The notes under the pieces are model-generated. The model was not told the origin of the DNA, did not search any database, and worked only from the letters and a program-made list of their open reading frames with translations. A stretch of DNA of 26,394 bases from a virus (Duplodnaviria; Caudoviricetes): IMG/VR virus record IMGVR_UViG_3300028925_005553, positions 1 to 26,394 of that record, one strand, 5' to 3'. Numbering within the stretch: position 1 is the stretch's first letter; each line of letters begins with the position of its first letter. The translations under genes were made by a program, and so were the position numbers. Of the stretch, positions 1 to 6,111 are shown one piece after another.

Positions 1-13
1 TACAGAAATAGTA

Positions 14-274
14 TCATACCACTAACCCGTTTTTAAATGTTTCTTTAAATTGTCTTATTATAGTATTCTGTCCAGATATTACTCCCAGATTAAATAGAGC
101 TTTCTCACTGCCAGACATAGTGTTTCCGATATCCTTTGCATTAAAACTCGTTACTCTGGCATTGCTAACGGCAACATATAAATCATATATTGCTTGTTGT
201 TGTTGTGGTTTAAGTCCTTTAAAAAATAGTTCTACATTTGATGTGGTCGGTGATGGTTTTTTATCTTGTGTCAT
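14..274 (-). CDS. Hypothetical early phage protein (86 aa)
   Basis: ORF with an AGGAGAG Shine-Dalgarno (about 282-288) upstream of the ATG, on the same strand as the early cluster. No recognisable motif. Confidence 0.75.
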   Translation of the reverse strand: MTQDKKPSPTTSNVELFFKGLKPQQQQAIYDLYVAVSNARVTSFNAKDIGNTMSGSEKALFNLGVISGQNTIIRQFKETFKNGLVV

Positions 275-298
275 AATTAGGCTCTCCTATATTAGGTT

Positions 299-334
299 AA
301 AAAAAAAGTTAGCTACATTATATAACTAACTTTT
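299..334 (-). terminator. Putative intrinsic terminator
   Basis: 9-bp inverted repeat aaaagttag (304-312) / ctaactttt (326-334) with a 13-nt loop. On the minus strand it runs into a 9-T tract. The stem is AT-rich, so it may be weak. Confidence 0.55.
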
Positions 335-360
335 CCTTTCTGTCTACAACAATATTAATA

Positions 361-432
361 TTACATTAATGCACCAATTATTAACAGTAATAATAGTATT
401 ATTAAGAATGACCTTATAGTACTTAATAACAT
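361..432 (-). CDS. Small hydrophobic single-TM peptide MLLSTIRSFLIILLLLLIIGALM (23 aa), absent from the ORF track
   Basis: Hand translation from ATG at 432 to TAA at 361, with an AAGG SD-like sequence about 7 nt upstream. It fills the gap between the DUF932-like gene and the terminator. Confidence 0.5.
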   Translation of the reverse strand: MLLSTIRSFLIILLLLLIIGALM

Positions 433-474
433 GATTTCGCCTTGCGTGTTAGATGTTAAATGTTTACTCATGTG

Positions 475-1539
475 CTATACTGCCAATGACTCTAATGTTG
501 ACCATGCCTGACTATCCAAAGCATTACGTACTTGTATTTCTCTTTCTTTCTGGACATTAGCTTTCTGGCTACCTTTCCTGCCCATTGATATTTCTTTCCA
601 CTCCCCTTTATCATTTTGAGACTCGTATGTTTCATCAGTGTGAGTACTCCAATGAGTCATAGCATTATATAAAGCCCAGATAGTGTTGCCTAAACTAGCT
701 TGCTCCTGCTGAAAGCGATACATAAGGTAGTCTGATAGCCTAGCATTGATTAGCTTAGGGTCTACATGGTTACTATCCTTAGATAATGCTAAGGTGTCCA
801 TAGTTTTGCTTTCTTTTCTACAGATAGAGTTGACCAGAAATTGCACTGCCTGCTCATCTGTTATTTTAGTGTTGCTCCAGAGTTGGAACTTTTCAGATTG
901 ATTGGTGAAGACATCAAGAGTGTTAGCAATTTTAGACAAGGCGGAACTAACATTTAACCCTGCGGTATGCTTGCGGTTTTCATGGTAGAACTTCTGACCA
1001 CCAAACACTAGAGTATTTAAGCAAAGGCTACGGTATGCACCCGTAAAGGTTTGGAATGACCAAGCACCGTCTAATGAATTAAAGATATCAGAACGTAGGC
1101 ATACTTCATCACCGTCTCTGACCTTCATGGTATGATCCAGAAAGTGTACAGTTCTTCTGGCTTTTGCTCCGTTATCCCATGTTTGATCGGTTACTTGTAC
1201 AGCGGACTTTCCAATGTCGCTTTCTAGTAGCTTTTTAGTGTGTTGCTTGTACAGATCAATATGCGGAATTGTCTTGTATCTTACAGAGTGGTTGCCAAGA
1301 AACATGCCAGTATCAGAACGAATGATTGCTTTCTTTTTAGGGGCAAGCATACTTATTTCTTCTTTATCTGCATTGGTATAGAAATAATGTAGATCAGTTT
1401 CCTGTATACCAAAGTCAAACATAGACATGTCATTGAGATTGTCATGTGTATGAGTTTCTGGCAAAGTATGAGTAGAAGTACCCATTGCTGTGTCTACAGC
1501 TATTTTTGGTTTATCGGTTGTCATTAAATCGTAAGGCAT
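475..1539 (-). CDS. DUF932 family phage/plasmid protein
   Basis: Motifs AIIRSDTGMFLG..SVRYK.IPH, IFNSLDGAWSF...GAYR.LCLN.L, RKHT and GNTIWALYNAMTHW.TH match DUF932-like proteins as I recall them. AGGAG SD present. Confidence 0.8.
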   Translation of the reverse strand: MPYDLMTTDKPKIAVDTAMGTSTHTLPETHTHDNLNDMSMFDFGIQETDLHYFYTNADKEEISMLAPKKKAIIRSDTGMFLGNHSVRYKTIPHIDLYKQHTKKLLESDIGKSAVQVTDQTWDNGAKARRTVHFLDHTMKVRDGDEVCLRSDIFNSLDGAWSFQTFTGAYRSLCLNTLVFGGQKFYHENRKHTAGLNVSSALSKIANTLDVFTNQSEKFQLWSNTKITDEQAVQFLVNSICRKESKTMDTLALSKDSNHVDPKLINARLSDYLMYRFQQEQASLGNTIWALYNAMTHWSTHTDETYESQNDKGEWKEISMGRKGSQKANVQKEREIQVRNALDSQAWSTLESLAV

Positions 1540-1564
1540 GTTTTTTCTCCTATTGTGTTAAGTT

Positions 1565-1593
1565 ATTATAAAAAGTGGTTCTCCCACTGTACA
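1565..1593 (-). promoter_or_regulatory. Putative sigma70-type promoter for the DUF932-like gene (TGTACA-N17-TATAAT)
   Basis: Perfect TATAAT at 1570-1565 with TGTACA at 1593-1588 exactly 17 bp upstream, in an intergenic gap about 25 nt before the start codon. Confidence 0.65.
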
Positions 1594-1627
1594 TATAGTT
1601 TCATAGTTATTCTGTACATGCAATAGT

Positions 1628-1804
1628 TTATTTATTTTTTATTTCTTCTAATACTTTTAATGTCTGTACAGCGGATTTCTCACTGGAGTGCAAAGTAAAA
1701 AGTTTGTCCTCCACCACATTTCGTATGGCATAACCATCTTCATGGACTATAATAACATAGGTAGGTTCGGTTGACATTATTTTAGCTGACAATTTATCAC
1801 TCAT
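1628..1804 (-). CDS. Hypothetical protein (58 aa, MSDKLSAK...)
   Basis: Start re-assigned to ATG 1804, which overlaps the stop of the upstream gene in a translational-coupling pattern. Confidence 0.65.
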   Translation of the reverse strand: MSDKLSAKIMSTEPTYVIIVHEDGYAIRNVVEDKLFTLHSSEKSAVQTLKVLEEIKNK

Positions 1805-2015
1805 AATATCTATTCCACGACTCGTTGACAAAATCGTACAGACTATTCTCGCTGTACTCATCACCTATAGTAAGATCCTTATACTTATCGGTTGACAAAA
1901 GGTGGATAGCCTTTGACAAAATCTCAAAGAAATCTCTCCCTTGCTTGACAAATTCCTCTACCTCATGTTGAAAAGCCATTTCCATATCCAGAATATCATT
2001 GGTTAGCTTGTTCAT
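1797..2015 (-). CDS. Hypothetical acidic protein (72 aa)
   Basis: GGGGA SD, overlaps both neighbours by a few codons, D/E-rich. Confidence 0.7.
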   Translation of the reverse strand: MNKLTNDILDMEMAFQHEVEEFVKQGRDFFEILSKAIHLLSTDKYKDLTIGDEYSENSLYDFVNESWNRYYE

Positions 2016-2184
2016 GGTGTTCCCCCATTTTTATACGTTTCTTCCATTTATAATTTCTTACTATCTTGCGTACCCAATCTGTATTTGTAGTTCTTCTGTC
2101 TACAAACATACCAACAATCGTGTCCATAGATTTGTTATCATCTACTGCTTTGTGAATTTTATTAATTACTTTATATTCTATCAT
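1996..2184 (-). CDS. Hypothetical basic protein (62 aa, MIEYKVINK...), possibly DNA-binding
   Basis: Perfect AGGAGG SD at 2196-2191 before ATG 2184. K/R-rich. Confidence 0.7.
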   Translation of the reverse strand: MIEYKVINKIHKAVDDNKSMDTIVGMFVDRRTTNTDWVRKIVRNYKWKKRIKMGEHHEQANQ

Positions 2185-2713
2185 GGTGTTCCTCCTGTAC
2201 AACCTTATAAGACTCTTTTAAATACCACATTGGCATATCCCTTGACTTCTCCCATTTAGCTATGTCTTTCTTATCGTTGACGTAGTACTGCCTGTATGCC
2301 CTAACAGCATTGTTATGTATACGCAAATAGCTACATTTATATTCCTCTGGCATACATTGTGGGTGAGGTGTTGTTAAATAGTTATCAAAACTAAAGTTTC
2401 TTGGAGATGGATAAGATATATCCATGATAACTTGCTGACATTTATGTATTTTGTTATACCTCCTAGTGTACTCAAAGCATAACTCCATACCGTGATGCCA
2501 AAGCCAATTATAATTATCCATACTATCTCCTGCCCATAGTGTACAGGGGTGGTTTTTGTGTGCTTCTTTATAGGGTACTTTATCTCCTAATCCATACCTA
2601 TACCATACAGAGCAAAGCATTTGTGCCGTCTCTAGTGGCATCTTGACAACATGCTTATCACATTGCATTTGTGCTGATGTAATAGGGCATTCGTCTAATA
2701 CAAATATGTTCAT
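2171..2713 (-). CDS. Pyrimidine dimer DNA glycosylase / endonuclease V-like protein
   Basis: N-terminus MNIFVLD.CP..SAQ..CDKHVVKM.LE.AQML, plus H.NHPCT.W, EYT.RY.K.H, PQCMP.EYK and AYR.YY..DK, characteristic of this phage family. Confidence 0.85.
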   Translation of the reverse strand: MNIFVLDECPITSAQMQCDKHVVKMPLETAQMLCSVWYRYGLGDKVPYKEAHKNHPCTLWAGDSMDNYNWLWHHGMELCFEYTRRYNKIHKCQQVIMDISYPSPRNFSFDNYLTTPHPQCMPEEYKCSYLRIHNNAVRAYRQYYVNDKKDIAKWEKSRDMPMWYLKESYKVVQEEHHDRI

Positions 2714-2997
2714 TTGTACAGCACTCCCAATTGAGACAGTATATTTAATGCTTGTATACTTAACTCCTGTACTTTATGTACTGTTATCCAATCATTATTA
2801 TAATCTTCATAGGTATTAGTATCTTCGTTAAAGTTTTCTTCCATGTAATCATCTTCACCTGTATACGTTTCAAGTATCATATCTTTATTCGTAATAGACT
2901 TAGCATCTTCATAGTGTGCTATACTATAGTTATTAAACCATGAATACTCAAAATATTCAGAGTCCCCAGATTTTATTTTAAATGTTACAAATAGCAT
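2710..2997 (-). CDS. Hypothetical acidic, aromatic-rich protein (95 aa, MLFVTFK...)
   Basis: GAGGA SD before ATG 2997, with an ATGA overlap into the next gene. 18 D/E versus 6 K and 0 R. Confidence 0.75.
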   Translation of the reverse strand: MLFVTFKIKSGDSEYFEYSWFNNYSIAHYEDAKSITNKDMILETYTGEDDYMEENFNEDTNTYEDYNNDWITVHKVQELSIQALNILSQLGVLYK

Positions 2998-2998
2998 A

Positions 2999-3187
2999 TC
3001 AATGTCCTCTCGGTGGTTGTAATTTATCATTCTCTTTTGATACACCAAAGTCTACTGTATATATCCACACAGCACTATCCTCATCAACTTTTGTTACTTT
3101 ATAAAGTTTCTTCTCTACTATATCTCTAAATTCTACTACAGGGCAAGTGTCAAGCCAATCCATAAATGTTTTCTGTGCATCTTTCAT
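2999..3187 (-). CDS. Hypothetical protein (62 aa)
   Basis: TAATG coupling to the upstream gene and a GAGGAG SD. F.DWLDTCP motif. Confidence 0.7.
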   Translation of the reverse strand: MKDAQKTFMDWLDTCPVVEFRDIVEKKLYKVTKVDEDSAVWIYTVDFGVSKENDKLQPPRGH

Positions 3188-3363
3188 TAGCTATTCTCCT
3201 CTTCTTCTATTTCTCTCAGCCAGTCATTAAAGACATTATCTACATGGTTAGGCATATCCTCCGTAAGTGGTACAGACTTAGGATTGTCTGACCACTCTAC
3301 TAATATTGTGTACCCAACTATGTGCCTATCTGTTGTCGGTATTGTATTTATATCTCTACTCAT
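3187..3363 (-). CDS. Hypothetical protein (about 58 aa, MSRDINTIP...)
   Basis: GGAGGAG SD at about 3377-3371. Start re-assigned from the ORF track. Acidic C-terminus. Confidence 0.7.
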   Translation of the reverse strand: MSRDINTIPTTDRHIVGYTILVEWSDNPKSVPLTEDMPNHVDNVFNDWLREIEEEENS

Positions 3364-3673
3364 TGTCATACTCCTCCCCTTCACTATAGGACTGATTGTT
3401 TAAATCCTCCTCTTGACCCTTCTTATAAAACGAAGCTTCTGTAGAAGGTGCATCTCCTGTATAGACAGTTCCTTGTTCTTCTTCTGTTTCCCATTTTTCC
3501 ATTTGTGATAACAATTCTTTGGCAAATTCTTTTCTTCCGTTCAGGTAGTAATCACTAAACAGAGCATCTTCCTGTCCTACAGTGCTAGGATCGGTGTTGT
3601 CTACCACTTCCTGTAGATAGTCTTTGACTTTCTGTACTAGCTGATTAGCTAAATCATCTGGATTACCTCTCAT
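3356..3673 (-). CDS. Hypothetical highly acidic protein (105 aa)
   Basis: TGATG coupling and a GAGGA SD. 26 D/E versus 9 K/R. Confidence 0.75.
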   Translation of the reverse strand: MRGNPDDLANQLVQKVKDYLQEVVDNTDPSTVGQEDALFSDYYLNGRKEFAKELLSQMEKWETEEEQGTVYTGDAPSTEASFYKKGQEEDLNNQSYSEGEEYDNE

Positions 3674-3834
3674 CAGGCCTTCCTCTTCTGTTCGGTTATA
3701 TGTACAGAACCATTCTTTATCTTAACGTCTATTCTTTTTCCCTTACTTAAATAGTGGCCAATTCTTTCGTTCATCTTAATCATATCCTGTTCAGTCTGTA
3801 CAGCAATGACTTCATGTATTTTAGTTCTTTTCAT
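3673..3834 (-). CDS. Hypothetical protein (53 aa, MKRTKIHE...)
   Basis: AAGGAG SD at 3846-3841 before ATG 3834. The longer ORF-track start lies inside the terminator/promoter region. Confidence 0.7.
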   Translation of the reverse strand: MKRTKIHEVIAVQTEQDMIKMNERIGHYLSKGKRIDVKIKNGSVHITEQKRKA

Positions 3835-3867
3835 AGTGTTCTCCTTTTCTACAATAATCCTTTCACA

Positions 3868-3897
3868 ATTATAAAACATTGTCAACCCCTTAGACAA
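3868..3897 (-). promoter_or_regulatory. Putative promoter (TTGTCT-N18-TATAAT, with an internal TTGACA at 3885-3880)
   Basis: Minus strand reads ttgtctaaggggttgacaatgttttataat, immediately after a terminator and upstream of a strong SD. Confidence 0.45.
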
Positions 3898-3931
3898 AAA
3901 AAAAGAGAGCAATGGGAATTAACTCTCTTTT
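3896..3931 (-). terminator. Putative intrinsic terminator
   Basis: Inverted repeat aaaagagag (3901-3909) / ctctctttt (3923-3931) with a 13-nt loop, running into a 9-T tract on the minus strand, downstream of the 5208-4036 gene run. Confidence 0.7.
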
Positions 3932-4035
3932 CTCTTATTTATTATGTACAGGTAACTTATCGGAAAGTAGCTACCTTTCAAGGATATTATTTAATTGACA
4001 ATCCTTATCTTTCATCAACCCTGTACAAAGTCTTT

Positions 4036-4338
4036 TTACAAAGAAACTGGTATACTCCTTTCAGTATCCTCCGACAAGGGTGTTTCTCCGTACTCTCCTT
4101 CTTCTAGTCGGTAGTGATAGACACCACCTAGCCACTTGCCAATGACATTTCTTCTACCGTAGCTTTGTTTTCGTAAAGACCTTATCCCTGCTGACGTTCC
4201 AGTTTCAAGGTAACCGATTGTTTTTGCCACACCTTGTACAGTGTGCCATCTTCTATCAGACATAACATCAAGTATTAGTGGGATCATTCCCTTTCTTCTA
4301 TGGTAAACTTTTTTTTCCTGTACATCTTCAGTCATCAT
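4036..4338 (-). CDS. Putative winged helix-turn-helix DNA-binding protein (about 100 aa)
   Basis: ILDVMSDRRWHTVQGVAKTIG...TGTSAGIRSLRK..YG...GGVYHYRL has the spacing of a phage wHTH. Start re-assigned behind a GGAAGGA SD. Confidence 0.7.
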   Translation of the reverse strand: MMTEDVQEKKVYHRRKGMIPLILDVMSDRRWHTVQGVAKTIGYLETGTSAGIRSLRKQSYGRRNVIGKWLGGVYHYRLEEGEYGETPLSEDTERSIPVSL

Positions 4339-4690
4339 TATCATTTCCTTCCCAAGCACTGGGGTCATCTGATCTAACTAAATCTTTGTAATAGGCTCGT
4401 ATAACATCTCCTTTACTTTCTCCGTACTCTATAGTTTGACTTTGGTGCATTAGATTAGACTCTTCCACTACAGTATCATAGGCTTTATCAAGTTTGCTAA
4501 TATCAGAATAGGTAAGATGGTCTACTCCACTATCTTGTATGTCTGATACAATAGACTTTACTCGGTTGACAAGTTCTAACTGAGCATCTGTAATAATAGG
4601 CACTTCTAACTTTTTGTTTTTGGCCATGTCTTCCTCCGCTTTTATTTTTAACTCAGTCTCTAACCAAGTAATGAATTTACCCTCTGACAT
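4328..4690 (-). CDS. Hypothetical protein (120 aa)
   Basis: AAGGAG SD. Acidic and probably helical. No motif recognised. Confidence 0.75.
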   Translation of the reverse strand: MSEGKFITWLETELKIKAEEDMAKNKKLEVPIITDAQLELVNRVKSIVSDIQDSGVDHLTYSDISKLDKAYDTVVEESNLMHQSQTIEYGESKGDVIRAYYKDLVRSDDPSAWEGNDNDD

Positions 4691-4712
4691 AATGTTCTCC
4701 TTGTCAAGTTAT

Positions 4713-5027
4713 TTATTTTATATCTACCAAAGAGTAGATGTTTCCTGTATTGCCAACAAACCTTTTTATAAGTTTATTGCCACATTTTATCTCTACAAGG
4801 GTATTAAGATTTATATTTCGGTAGCCACCACTCGCCATATCAAATACTGTTAAGTACCGAATATGGTCGTTGACATTAATGCCACCCTTGAGGTGTTTCT
4901 TAACTCCCAGTTTACAATTCATTTCCCTAACCTCGCCATTCTTTTTGACAAACTTAGCTTTAAATATTTTCTGCCCTACAGTGCGTTTAATTACTGGAGT
5001 TACCAGTGCTTCAGTGTATAGTGTCAT
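4713..5027 (-). CDS. WYL_2 / Sm-like SH3 beta-barrel protein (about 104 aa)
   Basis: F..KFVKKNGEVREMNCKLGV...GG...YLTVFDM..GGYRNINL.TL pattern. Start re-assigned to ATG 5027 after a GAGGAG SD. Confidence 0.7.
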   Translation of the reverse strand: MTLYTEALVTPVIKRTVGQKIFKAKFVKKNGEVREMNCKLGVKKHLKGGINVNDHIRYLTVFDMASGGYRNINLNTLVEIKCGNKLIKRFVGNTGNIYSLVDIK

Positions 5028-5208
5028 CTTCGTTCTCCTCCTCCTCCGAGTTAAATTCAATGGCCAATGTCATGTACAGACCAGCTAATGTATTTATTAT
5101 TACCCCTATCATATCAACCTTAGATATTCCTAGTAACACATATTTATTGTATAATTCAAGTAACTCTTTAATAAACCCTTCAGTTACCTTTATATTAGGT
5201 TCTTCCAT
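5011..5208 (-). CDS. Hypothetical protein (65 aa), first gene of the leftward unit
   Basis: AAGGA SD. Hydrophobic central helix (MIGVIINTLAGLYMTLAI) and an acidic tail that encodes the next gene's SD. Confidence 0.65.
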   Translation of the reverse strand: MEEPNIKVTEGFIKELLELYNKYVLLGISKVDMIGVIINTLAGLYMTLAIEFNSEEEENEDDTIH

Positions 5209-5233
5209 ATATGTTTCCTTATAAGTTTAATTA

Positions 5234-5262
5234 TAAGTAGGCCTTACAAAATTTCCTGTCAA
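5234..5262 (-). promoter_or_regulatory. Leftward promoter TTGACA-N17-TACTTA
   Basis: Perfect -35 at 5262-5257 and a -10-like TACTTA at 5239-5234. A TATAAT also lies at 5235-5230. Confidence 0.65.
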
Positions 5263-5277
5263 GTACTTTTTTTTATA

Positions 5278-5306
5278 TTGACATAGTTTTTACAAAAAGG
5301 TACTAG
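5278..5306 (+). promoter_or_regulatory. Rightward promoter TTGACA-N17-TACTAG for the replication operon
   Basis: Perfect -35 at 5278-5283, a 17-bp spacer, then TACTAG at 5301-5306, upstream of the primase AAGGAG SD. Confidence 0.65.
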
Positions 5307-5328
5307 TAATGGAGAGAAGGAGAATACT

Positions 5329-6111
5329 ATGGTTGGAGAGACTGATGTTGCTACATTTGTTAAGGCACTATCTATACCCACTGATGAAACTTACAGAGGC
5401 AGTTGCCCTGTTTGTCATCATCAAAATACTTTCAATGTTACTAATAGTTCTGGCAGGTTGCTGTATAATTGCTACCATGCTGACTGTTCAGTTGGGGGTA
5501 CTACAAAAACAGGCGATCTTATTCAAACATCGTCTAGGTCAAAAAATCAAACACCTCAGAAGATAGATCTTTCTGTATATAATAAACAGTGGGTAGGACT
5601 AGACCGCAGTCAAAGAGTCGTTGACTACCTAAAGTCTGTACAAGCTTACCATGCTTACAAGAATAGATTTGCTGACATTCGCTACGATGTTAAGGAGGAC
5701 AGGTGTGTCTTTCTTGTATACAAAGACAAGACATTGGTAGATGCGGTTGGTAGATCGCTGACAAATTCTAAACCAAAATGGAAAAGGTACGCATCGTCTC
5801 GTGTGCCGTTTGTGACAAAAAACCAAAGTGACAATCTTGTAATTGTAGAGGACTGTGCTTCGGCTTGTGCATTGACATTTGCTAATGTACAGGGAATGGC
5901 TCTTATGGGTACAAGTTTGTTGACAGAGTATTTAAAATATATTAAGCATTATAGCCGAGTTACCATTGCACTAGATAAAGATGCTTCAAAAAAGGCAATG
6001 AAAATGGTACATGAACTGTCTATCCATGTACAGACAAAGTTAGTGTTACTAGACAGAGACATAAAAAGGTGGAGTACAGAACAAATAAGGGAGAAGTTTA
6101 ATGTCACTTGA
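5329..6111 (+). CDS. DNA primase (Zn-binding domain plus TOPRIM)
   Basis: CPVC...CYHADC zinc motif, DAVGRSL...PKWKRY, and TOPRIM motifs LVIVEDCASA, ALMGT and IALDKDA. Confidence 0.9.
   Translation: MVGETDVATFVKALSIPTDETYRGSCPVCHHQNTFNVTNSSGRLLYNCYHADCSVGGTTKTGDLIQTSSRSKNQTPQKIDLSVYNKQWVGLDRSQRVVDYLKSVQAYHAYKNRFADIRYDVKEDRCVFLVYKDKTLVDAVGRSLTNSKPKWKRYASSRVPFVTKNQSDNLVIVEDCASACALTFANVQGMALMGTSLLTEYLKYIKHYSRVTIALDKDASKKAMKMVHELSIHVQTKLVLLDRDIKRWSTEQIREKFNVT

Noticed and set aside
1771-1950. Treating each TTGACA in this cluster as a functional sigma70 promoter
   Set aside because: Most have no plausible -10 hexamer at 16-18 bp, so they are reported as orphan boxes instead.
120-5566. Plus-strand ORFs in the early region (120-329, 1999-2259, 3754-4107, 4614-4853, 4870-5088, 5006-5224) and 5309-5566
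   Set aside because: They are antisense or alternate-frame shadows of better-supported genes that have SD sequences and translational coupling, and they show no protein-like motifs.
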